Shown here: positions 55,745 to 64,000 of the stretch, in pieces | Layout: the number at the start of each line of letters is the position of its first letter | How positions within the stretch are numbered: the stretch's first letter is position 1 | From: Cyanophyceae cyanobacterium | GTDB lineage: Bacteria > Cyanobacteriota > Cyanobacteriia > Cyanobacteriales > Laspinemataceae | Length of the DNA: 64,000 nucleotides | Direction: 5' to 3' | NCBI GenBank assembly: GCA_038321985.1 | Contig: JBBQFN010000026.1 | Coordinates: 1 to 64,000 of the forward strand | Translations under genes and position numbers: made by a program | The notes under the pieces: model-generated | What the model saw: the letters and a program-made list of their open reading frames with translations, nothing else | The model's database searches: none | Told to the model about the DNA's origin: nothing

Positions 55745-58726
55745 GGTTAGGGTCTCCTGTTCAGAATTATAGGTACAATACGGGTCAAAGCAGGGATAAA
55801 AATCATAAGCATACAGTTTGATTTTCTCAATTCGGGCGGTATCTACCCCTTGGCGACGCACCCAGCGATTGAGATAGGCAAATACAAACAAAGGACTGGT
55901 TTCAAAATCCGTTGCTAACTCCGTTAATTTCCCCCAGTTAGCATCATATTTTCCCTTGCTTTGTTTGGCATTGACATCCAGATGGATGGCATAAGCAGCG
56001 GTTAACGCCTTCAGGGGTGAAGGATACGAAGCGCCGTTTTCTTCCCATCCTTCTAGGATGTAGTCGAGGCGGAAGCGTTCTCCCTTTGTGAGTAAGCGCA
56101 AGGCAACGGGTGCGCTATCTAAAAACACCGTTTCTTCAAATTCGGACCCATCATTAAAAGGTGGAATGGGTGACTCAGAAACCACAGTTTTAACATCGAG
56201 AATCATCGGAAATACCAACCCTAACCAAGCAGGCATTACCCAGGATTCCGTATCTGTCGGGTCCTGTCCCGGAGGGAGTGCCATGAAATAAAAGGTCATG
56301 GGTTGGTCTTCTAAATAAGACAGCTTAAATGTGCGGTCTTTTTTGTGTTGTTTATCATCTTCTGGTAACTCTTTCTTGCGCTGCAAATCCTCATCAATTA
56401 GAAAGGCATCGACACTTTGATATTGAGTGCGGTCAAAATTGGCTTTAAACTCATCGCCGATAAAGTGATTGCGAATTTGTGCATTAAACCGAGTTTGAGC
56501 AATATCGGTATAAGCACGATGAAGAAATTTGTTAGTTTCTGGAGTGAAGTAATAGGTGGGATAGAAATAGAGATAGCGATATTTACCATCTTCAAATCGT
56601 TTCCCGGTTGCCTGGGTTTGATTCATCAAAATTTGCCGCAGCATCATCTCCAATCCCGCAATACTGGAAATGTTCCGTTTGGCATTAGAACCCCCTAACA
56701 TTTGTTTGTTGGTGTAAACCTGCGGCGTGAACAAAACCGCTGATTCCATTTGTTCAGTCACGGTATAGGCAGAATGAGAAATCGAGCAAATCATTTGCCG
56801 TCCTCGTCCCGATTTTTTTGCCATATTATAGCGATGGAGTTCATCGAGGAAGGTATCCGCAGATGTCTCAATGTTTGTCATTCCCGGTAGCATCACCCCT
56901 TGCTGTACCCACTGGCGCAAGTCGTCCCAGCCATCAGGGAGTTCATATTGAGAAATAATTGCTGAATTGAGTTGACAAATATGCGCGATCGCCTCTTCAC
57001 AAATCGGTCTAACCTCTTCAATACCCGGATGATGTTCCAGATATTTAGCCGCTAGATAATACCATTCATAGGGTACACCCCCGGTATTTCCTTTGAGTTT
57101 TAGTGCTTTGAGACTTTCGTTAATCCGCTGGATTTCTCGAATCTGTGGCAGATATTGGGAAAGGTTCCAAAACGTTGCTATTTCCTGCACTAAATCTAAA
57201 TCTGGGGGTTCCGGCAATTTCTTATTTTGCTTGCGTGCCACTTCAATGCGACTGAGGCGATCGCCCCAAATTTTGCGCGTTGCCACATCTCCAAATTCAG
57301 CAATTTGGTCTATTCTGATATCATCCTCAAACTTGAAGTCATAGCTTTCCGATAAAACGCCTTTCTTTTGAAAAGTCATCAAATTTTCACTGCGACTTTT
57401 TGCTACTGAACTTTTCAGCGGATTGAGAATTTTTAAGGTTGCACTCAGCGCCACCTCCATCAACCCAAAATCATCAAAAAACAGGGTGTAATAGTCTGCA
57501 TATTTCATGCCTTTGCCATCTCTGCCAAACCCGGTTTGTCGGCGTTTAAGTTGATTCGCGCACAATTGCTTAATTTTCGTGATGACTCGTTCGGGGATAT
57601 CTTCTACGGGAACGGTTGGCGCATCTCGCCGCGCTAGATAAATTACTCCTGTTGGTAGATAAAGTAAGGGTTCGTAGTAGGTGCAATCGACAGTATTTAA
57701 TGCTGTGTGAGCATCCATTAAGGCATTATTGACCACATTGGTTAACACGCCGCGATTTTCCGCCAAACTGTGATAGGTAAATTTCAAATTACCATCGCTC
57801 AGATTGTGAAGGAGATTGTTTAAACTGGGGTTTTCGGCATCATAAGGATGCTTGATAATTGAGGAGAGGCGATCGGCGAGACGACTTAACTCCCCAAGGC
57901 ATTTCACCACGCGATCGCGTAATACCGGCTTTAACCCTCCATATTCAGAAAAATTTAAGTTTGTATCTCCTTTCACTTGGGTGAAATATACTATTGCAAG
58001 TACATCGTCTAAATATTCTTGATACGTTTCCGGTTCTTCGGGATTGATGAAGCGATCAAGACTTAATTCACGAGCCATCGCATCGACAATTTCTCGATGT
58101 TCTTCTACGGATAAATCGCGGATTTTTTTCTCTCGCTTTTTCTGAATATCCCGATACTTTTGCGGCATATTCGGAAAGTAGTGATAATCAAACTTCTCAA
58201 AATCATGGAGAATAAACCCAGAAATCACCAGACGCCGTTGTCGTTCTTTCACCACCCGCTTAACGGTGGTATCTAGCTTTTCCAATCGCTGTTCGATTAA
58301 ATTGGCGGGAAACAATCCATTCAGTAAATGGGTATTCAACGATTGATCGCCTGCATTATCGCGTCTGATATTTTCTTTACCCCGTTCCGCATCGAGGCGA
58401 TCAAAAAACTTCCCGCCTTTCGCCGTTACCCCGATCGCCACTCGTAGCAAATTCGGCAAAACGTACTCGGCAAAATCATGCATAATCGCATCATCAGGGT
58501 TTTGCGCCTCTATCGCCTCCCGCAATAACTTAAGCGTCAGTAACTCGCGCTGCTGGGGTTCAATCGTGCGATCTCTCCTTTCCCACCCAATCTCATCATC
58601 CCCATCCCCCATCCAATCATCCTCGGATTCCTCTTCGGATAACTCCTCATCAGGATTGGGTTTTATGTCAAACAGAGATAATTGCATCAACTGTTCATCA
58701 TCTGATTGCTTCTGTTTTTTAGCCAT
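55271..58726 (-). CDS. cas10d: Type I-D large subunit Cas10d (Csc3) with N-terminal HD nuclease
   Basis: AKGG, DQSLNTHLLNG, LHDFEK HD motifs; position upstream of csc2/csc1. Confidence 0.95.
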   Translation of the reverse strand: MAKKQKQSDDEQLMQLSLFDIKPNPDEELSEEESEDDWMGDGDDEIGWERRDRTIEPQQRELLTLKLLREAIEAQNPDDAIMHDFAEYVLPNLLRVAIGVTAKGGKFFDRLDAERGKENIRRDNAGDQSLNTHLLNGLFPANLIEQRLEKLDTTVKRVVKERQRRLVISGFILHDFEKFDYHYFPNMPQKYRDIQKKREKKIRDLSVEEHREIVDAMARELSLDRFINPEEPETYQEYLDDVLAIVYFTQVKGDTNLNFSEYGGLKPVLRDRVVKCLGELSRLADRLSSIIKHPYDAENPSLNNLLHNLSDGNLKFTYHSLAENRGVLTNVVNNALMDAHTALNTVDCTYYEPLLYLPTGVIYLARRDAPTVPVEDIPERVITKIKQLCANQLKRRQTGFGRDGKGMKYADYYTLFFDDFGLMEVALSATLKILNPLKSSVAKSRSENLMTFQKKGVLSESYDFKFEDDIRIDQIAEFGDVATRKIWGDRLSRIEVARKQNKKLPEPPDLDLVQEIATFWNLSQYLPQIREIQRINESLKALKLKGNTGGVPYEWYYLAAKYLEHHPGIEEVRPICEEAIAHICQLNSAIISQYELPDGWDDLRQWVQQGVMLPGMTNIETSADTFLDELHRYNMAKKSGRGRQMICSISHSAYTVTEQMESAVLFTPQVYTNKQMLGGSNAKRNISSIAGLEMMLRQILMNQTQATGKRFEDGKYRYLYFYPTYYFTPETNKFLHRAYTDIAQTRFNAQIRNHFIGDEFKANFDRTQYQSVDAFLIDEDLQRKKELPEDDKQHKKDRTFKLSYLEDQPMTFYFMALPPGQDPTDTESWVMPAWLGLVFPMILDVKTVVSESPIPPFNDGSEFEETVFLDSAPVALRLLTKGERFRLDYILEGWEENGASYPSPLKALTAAYAIHLDVNAKQSKGKYDANWGKLTELATDFETSPLFVFAYLNRWVRRQGVDTARIEKIKLYAYDFYPCFDPYCTYNSEQETLTVGEQSNLNHPKQLTELYREFYRANKRFNPKANAVLKPIDIAADTILKIDPSSQGEALVMVVAAEVCKLMDRVHSSTAEGRWIFKNREEERQAILKFAEYFVVEVFEKSFGGDRARLAGRQLNLIRDTCEFIYRLADDKENQDYSSKSKDKSEEESPE

Positions 58727-59153
58727 TATTAACCTCTAATGAATCGAGATAATTGTTTACCTGTTTAATGAAAATTGGATATTGCTCTAACGCGCTGAAA
58801 ATAGCAGAAAATACAATTTTTTGGTTGATTTCATCATATTGATGAACCAGACGATTTCGCATTCCCGCCGATCTGGATAGGGTCGCCGCTAAATCTTGAG
58901 AAATGATTCCATTTTGTCCCGCCAGAATAAAGGAATCAAAGTAGGTTGATGGGGTAATCTGATGTAATTCAACCAGCAAATAACTATTGATATCCGTGGC
59001 TGCTTCTACTAAAAGCTGAATTAGTCGTTCACTAATTAATTGCAAATCAAAATCATTGACATAGTTTTCTTCTGTTACCGACTCAAATCCTTGAAGTCGT
59101 TTGACATACTTTAGCATCAATAAAATCTTAGATTCAATCCGCTGTCGTTCCAT
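58719..59153 (-). CDS. hepT: HEPN ribonuclease toxin (HepT/DUF86)
   Basis: RNRLVHQY (Rx4HxY), ER motif; stop overlaps the cas10d start. Confidence 0.92.
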   Translation of the reverse strand: MERQRIESKILLMLKYVKRLQGFESVTEENYVNDFDLQLISERLIQLLVEAATDINSYLLVELHQITPSTYFDSFILAGQNGIISQDLAATLSRSAGMRNRLVHQYDEINQKIVFSAIFSALEQYPIFIKQVNNYLDSLEVNNG

Positions 59154-59157
59154 ACAT

Positions 59158-59607
59158 TTAAACTCCTAACTTTTCCAAACTAAGCTCAATGCAACGTCGG
59201 GCTGATTTACGAAACTTTTCGGTATCAGCAGATACTTTCCAAGCTCGGATTTTAAAATTTGTCCATTCTCCTGCTTTTTTTTCATAAATCAGCTTTCCAT
59301 CCCGCGCTATTTGATAAGCCAGCAGCGGTGAACAGCCAGGAGAGAGTTCAATAATATCAATTTTATTGTCGGGTATTCCTAACTCTTGCCTAATTAAGGA
59401 AAATAATTCTAAATAATTATCCAAATTAGGTTGGACCTGCCCTTTTTCGATATCTTGGTCATAGAGTGCAGCAAAATCCCAATCGCTATCTGCATGAAAA
59501 TTACCTCTAGCTCTTGAACCGAATAGAACTAGCATTTTGAGAGCAGGAATCTTTTCAGGCAGTTGGCGGACAAGTGCTGGGAGTTTGACTAGGGATGGTG
59601 TATTCAT
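59158..59607 (-). CDS. mntA: Minimal nucleotidyltransferase antitoxin
   Basis: LFGSRARG..DSDWD (GSx10DxD); immediately upstream of hepT. Confidence 0.92.
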   Translation of the reverse strand: MNTPSLVKLPALVRQLPEKIPALKMLVLFGSRARGNFHADSDWDFAALYDQDIEKGQVQPNLDNYLELFSLIRQELGIPDNKIDIIELSPGCSPLLAYQIARDGKLIYEKKAGEWTNFKIRAWKVSADTEKFRKSARRCIELSLEKLGV

Positions 59608-59626
59608 TGTTTTCTACCTTGGGATC

Positions 59627-59675
59627 AAAAAGAGGGAGAGAAAAGGGACTGTCTCCAAATAAGTTATCAGTCCCT
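59627..59675 (-). terminator. Terminator/attenuator-like hairpin upstream of mntA
   Basis: AGGGACTG...CAGTCCCT stem followed on the minus strand by TTTCTCTCCCTCTTTTT. Confidence 0.55.
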
Positions 59676-59848
59676 AATCAAAATTACTGAGGAAGGTAAA
59701 CTATCTTAGATCAACTGCTTCCAATGTTCCTTTGAATTAAGGAGACTTAACCAGCCTTCTACTATAAAGATTGACTGTATAGAGATAGGGGGTTAAGGCG
59801 ACCTACTTCTGAACTTGTTGCCGCAAGCTACTCGGATAATCTTTCCTC

Positions 59849-59893
59849 ATCGGTAGGGAATTCTTGGGTTTAGCCAAAGAATTCTCTACCGAT
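59849..59893. other. Long stem-loop downstream of the small HTH gene
   Basis: ATCGGTAGGGAATTCTTGG ... CCAAAGAATTCTCTACCGAT. Confidence 0.85.
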
Positions 59894-59904
59894 TGAGCCA
59901 AGGG

Positions 59905-60108
59905 TTATGGCGTGACCAATCGATACTCAAATTGGCTACGAGCCACTTGCCGCTTCTCAATGGAATACCCTTTTTTACGACCCTCGAAAATGGTATGTCC
60001 AAATCGGAAACTTACTTTTGCAGCAAGTTCGTCGGCAGAATGCCAACGACCATCCCGCAAAACTTCGATTAATTTCTCAAGATTAGTGTTTTTCACAATT
60101 TTGCTCAT
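59905..60108 (-). CDS. 67-aa winged helix-turn-helix protein
   Basis: LIEVLRDGRWHSADELA..KKGYSIE..EYRL wHTH pattern; AGGAG SD. Confidence 0.8.
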   Translation of the reverse strand: MSKIVKNTNLEKLIEVLRDGRWHSADELAAKVSFRFGHTIFEGRKKGYSIEKRQVARSQFEYRLVTP

Positions 60109-60194
60109 TGCGATCTCCTATACTAATGTTTTGGTAAAGGCTTACTCAGCCTACCAGTCTCGTCAGTAAACAGTTTCAGCCATTGCTTAGTCCA

Positions 60195-60223
60195 ACGCTA
60201 GCTCGAACGATAGTGAGTGTCAA
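60195..60223 (-). promoter_or_regulatory. Sigma70-type promoter for the small HTH gene / effector operon
   Basis: TTGACA-N17-TAGCGT on the minus strand. Confidence 0.7.
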
Positions 60224-60237
60224 GGCATTATTCAATA

Positions 60238-60267
60238 TTGATAAACCTTGATTAAATGTGGTATGCT
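60238..60267 (+). promoter_or_regulatory. Promoter for the mini-array
   Basis: TTGATA-N18-TATGCT with extended TG, ~30 nt upstream of pseudo-repeat 1. Confidence 0.6.
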
Positions 60268-60296
60268 TGTGAAATAGATAGAAGCTAACTTAGAAC

Positions 60297-60394
60297 GTTT
60301 GCACTCTTACTAATCCCTTTCAGGGATTGAAACCATTAGTTCTGTTCTTGTTGGCGTAAGCTTCTTTCTTTTAATCCCTTTCAGGGATTAACCT
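60297..60394 (+). CRISPR. Degenerate two-repeat mini-array (crRNA-like RNA), opposite orientation to the main arrays
   Basis: 60297-60333 ends in CTAATCCCTTTCAGGGATTGAAAC (3' 24 nt identical to the array repeat); second partial copy TAATCCCTTTCAGGGATT at 60372-60389. Confidence 0.9.
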
Positions 60395-60395
60395 T

Positions 60396-62576
60396 CTACA
60401 CAACCCATATCTCACCCCCTTTGCTCTTAAACCAGTAGGCGAGGGTATCAACCAAAAGCGCCGATTGGCTGAAGCCGATCGCATAGGGTGCGGTTGCATC
60501 GTGCAAACTGGATTGATCCTTAATGGGATAGATCTGAAAGTGCATCGGCAGGCGCAAGCGTGATCGCACTTCGGCAACGGGACGAGGAATCACATAACAG
60601 ACTAATCCCTCTTTCTTCAGTTGCTGGTTAATTTCTCGGATCCAGGGGTTTGCCGGTTGCCAAACTTGTATCCCCACCAGAACCTGTACTTTCCAGGCAT
60701 CGGCGATCGCCTGCAAATTACCCGGATAGGTGAAATTCCAGTTCAATCTTTCCTCTCGATATCCCCGCAATTTCATAAACCCCAGACACTGTTTAAATCG
60801 TCCTTTGGCAATGGGTTTGCCGGTGCGTTGTGCAGTTTCTTCTAGTAATTGCATAAACGCTACTTTGGTCATGGGTTCGATGTCCAAATGGCTTAACACT
60901 CCTGGCAAATCATAAGTTTTAAACCGATCGCTCTCGGTGGATTCCGTCACATCATATAATCCACAGTGGAGAGGACTCGATCCACGAAAACTGGTTGCAT
61001 CCTCTGCAAGGGGATTTCCCTTATCTTTTCCCGATAGTTGTTGCCATTCCTTTTCCCATCCTTTGACTTGTCCATACTTGTTCTTCAGCCGAGTATCAAA
61101 CACCTCCTCACAGGCTTTTTTAAACACCTGGGAAGCATCTGCATATTGTTCCTTAATCGTTGGATGTCCGAGTTGGCGGCACAGTTGCATTGACTGCACT
61201 GCACCCCATCGCTTGTAATAGCCTTGAAAGTTGTTAATTTGACGGTAATTTTCCCGAATCGTCTCATGAAAGAAGACGCGATCGCAGCTTTCCCCCGATG
61301 TCAATGGCGGCGAATCTCCCTGAAACAACCGTTCGACTAAATAGTTCGGTGATAAGGCATAGGCTATAAACTTATGAAACCTAACGGGTTTGCCATTTTT
61401 TTGATAGCTATTATGTCTTCCTAATCGTCCTAACCGTTGAATAAAACTTCCGGCGTCGGCAGATTCAAAAATCAGAAAATTAATTTTAAAATCTACCCCC
61501 ACATCAATCGTACTGGTTCCTAAAACTAAATCGGCCGATAGCGATCGCTCTTTCTGTTCTTTCCCCGTTAATCCCGTATTTTCCTCTACCACTAACCGAT
61601 ATGGTGCAAGCAGTTCCCGAAAAAATGGGGTCAGGCGTTTGACTGCGGCAATGGAATTGAGAACGATCGCACCTTTACTCCCAGGATACTCTTGAAACTG
61701 AGATAATATTAACTGACAGTTCTCTCGCAACCAGGTTTCCGATGCCTTACCCGTTGGTTCTAGGGAAATAAACTCTACCTGAATTTTCCCCGATACTTGT
61801 CGCCATCCTTGCGCTTTCAACTCGTCGCACTCTTCCTCCCTATCCGGAAAGCGATACTTGTTTTCAGCGACAGGATTAATCTCGTGACATCGAAATCCAG
61901 CCAATTTTAATCGCTTCAGTAAATCCTCATTGGAAGTAGCCGAAAGAAACAGAAACTTTTTGCGCCGATTGGTACAGCGAATCAACAGCAAAGTGTTAAT
62001 AACGCTGGCAATTTGTGGCGCACTAAAAACATGAAATTCATCAAAAATAAACAAATCGAACTGTTTATCCAGACGATTCCACAAACTATCGGGACTAGAA
62101 TTTTTGGTGAGATAGGCACCGCGATGCAGGTAATGAAAAATATCTGGATTCGTTAACAAAATCTCCGATTGACTAGCGCGAGTTGCGATCGCCGCACTTT
62201 TCCGCAATCCCTCGGTTTCTGCATAAATTTCTAGCACTTCCCCACTTAGGCGAGACAGACGCGGTTCCTCGGACAGTTGCAATGTCTGAGTATATCCGCC
62301 AATTTGTCCCTCCTGATCTCGTGCGAGTTCATTGGTGGGATAGAGGGCGACTGCCGCCAGATATCCATACAAAACGCACAGAAAGGCGGCGAGGGTTTTG
62401 CCGTCCCCTGTCATGGCGGTATTGAAAATTACATCAATATTGGGGTCCTGAATCGCCTTGAATGTCTCCAGTTGATGCCAGGAAAGCCCCCATCCCGCAG
62501 GCAGTTTGATGTCTTGGGGGACTTCCGAGGCAGGAGAGGAATAAATCGGTTTGAGAAAAATGCCATAATTGGACAT
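60396..62576 (-). CDS. cas3: Type I-D Cas3' helicase (no HD domain)
   Basis: HQ, TAMTGDGKT, YPTNEL, DEFH, SAT, DVGVDF, QRLGRLGRH. Confidence 0.96.
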   Translation of the reverse strand: MSNYGIFLKPIYSSPASEVPQDIKLPAGWGLSWHQLETFKAIQDPNIDVIFNTAMTGDGKTLAAFLCVLYGYLAAVALYPTNELARDQEGQIGGYTQTLQLSEEPRLSRLSGEVLEIYAETEGLRKSAAIATRASQSEILLTNPDIFHYLHRGAYLTKNSSPDSLWNRLDKQFDLFIFDEFHVFSAPQIASVINTLLLIRCTNRRKKFLFLSATSNEDLLKRLKLAGFRCHEINPVAENKYRFPDREEECDELKAQGWRQVSGKIQVEFISLEPTGKASETWLRENCQLILSQFQEYPGSKGAIVLNSIAAVKRLTPFFRELLAPYRLVVEENTGLTGKEQKERSLSADLVLGTSTIDVGVDFKINFLIFESADAGSFIQRLGRLGRHNSYQKNGKPVRFHKFIAYALSPNYLVERLFQGDSPPLTSGESCDRVFFHETIRENYRQINNFQGYYKRWGAVQSMQLCRQLGHPTIKEQYADASQVFKKACEEVFDTRLKNKYGQVKGWEKEWQQLSGKDKGNPLAEDATSFRGSSPLHCGLYDVTESTESDRFKTYDLPGVLSHLDIEPMTKVAFMQLLEETAQRTGKPIAKGRFKQCLGFMKLRGYREERLNWNFTYPGNLQAIADAWKVQVLVGIQVWQPANPWIREINQQLKKEGLVCYVIPRPVAEVRSRLRLPMHFQIYPIKDQSSLHDATAPYAIGFSQSALLVDTLAYWFKSKGGEIWVV

Positions 62577-62585
62577 AAGTTTTTT

Positions 62586-62668
62586 GTGTCCGTACCCACT
62601 TGCTATTTCTTTATGTTGCCACTGAAAATAGAAACTGACAAGAGCTTACCCGTATAAAGTGTCCGTAC
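62586..62668. promoter_or_regulatory. Direct repeat GTGTCCGTAC x2 in the divergent cas3/WYL promoter region
   Basis: Copies at 62586-62595 and 62659-62668. Confidence 0.6.
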
Positions 62669-62674
62669 GAAAAC

Positions 62675-63526
62675 ATGAGCCGCAAAGGTCAATCCATAAC
62701 CCTGTCCATCTCAGAACGCGATAAAATTCAGTTGCAAGAACTCGCCCTAGAACTGGGGAAGACGTGGGGCGATCGCCCGAATATCTCCCGACTGGTGGAG
62801 GCGATCGCCCGGGGTGAGCTTCAGATTGCCCCTAACAATGACTGGTCAAATACCCGGATAGAAGCCCTCAATTGCGCCTTGGATGCCCTCACCGATGCTG
62901 GGAGAATTTTGGAAGCCCAGGCGATCGCCCAACTGTTGCAAGAACGAAGCGAACTCTCTATCCCCCTTCGCCACAAAATTGAGCATTTTTTGGAGACTCC
63001 CCCTTACCCTTGGCGCATCGAACTCGATCGCTATATCCTCCGCCAGCAACCCTTTCAACTCTCCTATCAAGATGCCACAGGCCGCCTGTGGACCTTCACC
63101 GTTCATCACGCCCAAATTAACCGGCATGAAGAACGGCAATATCTGGATTGTTGGTGCGAGGAAACCGAAGGCAATCTCGATATCCCAGAACTCATCCATA
63201 ACTGGTGTTTGCGTTTAGACCGCATTACTGACGCTGCCATTTTCCCCATTCAGGGCCCTTGGCGTCCCCAGCTTGATCAGATAGGGGTCGAAATCCACTT
63301 GTACAATCGATTAGCCTTTGCCTATAAACCCAAACCTGGAGATATCTCCGCAGACTGGTTAGACAATCAGGTTAAGCAGGTGGTGCGGCGCATCTCCAGT
63401 ACCTACTGGTTTATCCGGGAAGTCCAGCGAGAAGCACCAGATATGATGGTCATGGCCCCCCAGTTTGTGCGCGATCGCCTCCGCGAAAAATTACTGGCAC
63501 TCTGCCAACACTATGACAATTCCTAG
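62675..63526 (+). CDS. WYL-domain transcriptional regulator with RHH-like N-terminus
   Basis: SITLSIS N-terminal strand, YLDCWC, LRLDRI; divergent from cas3 as in cyanobacterial I-D loci. Confidence 0.9.
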   Translation: MSRKGQSITLSISERDKIQLQELALELGKTWGDRPNISRLVEAIARGELQIAPNNDWSNTRIEALNCALDALTDAGRILEAQAIAQLLQERSELSIPLRHKIEHFLETPPYPWRIELDRYILRQQPFQLSYQDATGRLWTFTVHHAQINRHEERQYLDCWCEETEGNLDIPELIHNWCLRLDRITDAAIFPIQGPWRPQLDQIGVEIHLYNRLAFAYKPKPGDISADWLDNQVKQVVRRISSTYWFIREVQREAPDMMVMAPQFVRDRLREKLLALCQHYDNS

Positions 63527-63807
63527 CCCTTGTCCCCTCCTAAAAGAGGCCCCTTGACCTAGATATCCGATCGGCTCAAGGGGACCTGAAACGGGGTTTT
63601 TGGTTTAAATTAGTACAAAATAGGCCCAGATTTTTTCGAGGAATTCGGTTTCTAAGCGTTATGGCACCCATTTTTGAGAGATCTAACCCCTGCGGCTGTA
63701 TGGTGCTTGTGTTGATTTCGTGAAACCGGCACTTGCCAAAATGGAACTCTTCCTGCTAATCAATGAAAGCAGAGATAAAATTAAGTTTTGTAACGTGAGG
63801 AGTGAAA

Positions 63808-64000
63808 ATGTACATCGTACAGATTGCCTCGGAATGCGCCCCCGTGATTAAAGCGGGCGGATTGGGGGATGTGGTTTATGGATTAAGCCGAGAATTGGAA
63901 AATCGGGGTCATACGGTGGAAGTGATTCTGCCCAAATATGATTGTATGCGCTATGACCATATTTGGGGCCTTCATGATGCCTATCGGGATTTGTTCGTGC
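63808..64000 (+). CDS. glgA: Glycogen synthase, 5' end (partial)
   Basis: MYIVQIASECAPVIKAGGLGDVVYGLSREL..VILPKY. Confidence 0.95.
   Translation, partial: MYIVQIASECAPVIKAGGLGDVVYGLSRELENRGHTVEVILPKYDCMRYDHIWGLHDAYRDLFV

Noticed and set aside
59701..59731. CreT-like mini-ORF TTG-GAA-GCA-GTT-GAT-CTA-AGA-TAG with AGGA upstream (minus strand)
   Set aside because: SD-to-start spacing is only 3 nt and the start is a weak TTG; not supportable
60122..60128. 7-nt match (CATTAGT, minus strand) of the mini-array seed just upstream of the wHTH SD
   Set aside because: Only 7 nt and the flank is AAA, not GTN; expected by chance
62577..62674. cas3/WYL promoter as the target of the mini-array guide (classic CreR)
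   Set aside because: Only scattered matches; no seed or PAM alignment on either strand by eye

Overview
Chromosomal window from a cyanobacterium, supported by very dense HIP1 GCGATCGC octamers, psbA/psaE/ndhO and pentapeptide proteins; a filamentous Oscillatoriales-like host is an inference. The left half is mostly housekeeping (psbA 3' end, aroC, mdh, ndhO, mutM, psaE, ldh, hemJ, ppsA) with a few probably imported genes (pnuC plus a NadR-like NAD salvage enzyme, and a Bacillus YtpB-like terpene synthase). The right half carries a complete type I-D CRISPR-Cas locus on the minus strand: cas3', MNT-HEPN toxin-antitoxin, cas10d with a probable internal cas11d start, cas7, cas5, cas6, cas4, cas1, cas2, with a WYL regulator divergent on the plus strand. 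It has two large arrays (47 and 40 repeats, hand-counted) with duplicated 254-bp leaders. The most striking unannotated element lies between cas3' and mntA (about 59.6-60.4 kb): a degenerate two-repeat mini-array in opposite orientation with its own promoter, divergent from a strongly promoted 67-aa winged-HTH gene. Its guide matches a site about 530 bp away in the effector-operon leader (23/29 nt, mismatches at guide positions 6, 12, 13, 21, 24, 30) but lacks seed pairing and a GTN PAM. This suggests a CreTA/CreR-like module that may act on RNA. All protein calls are by eye from motifs; no database searches were run.
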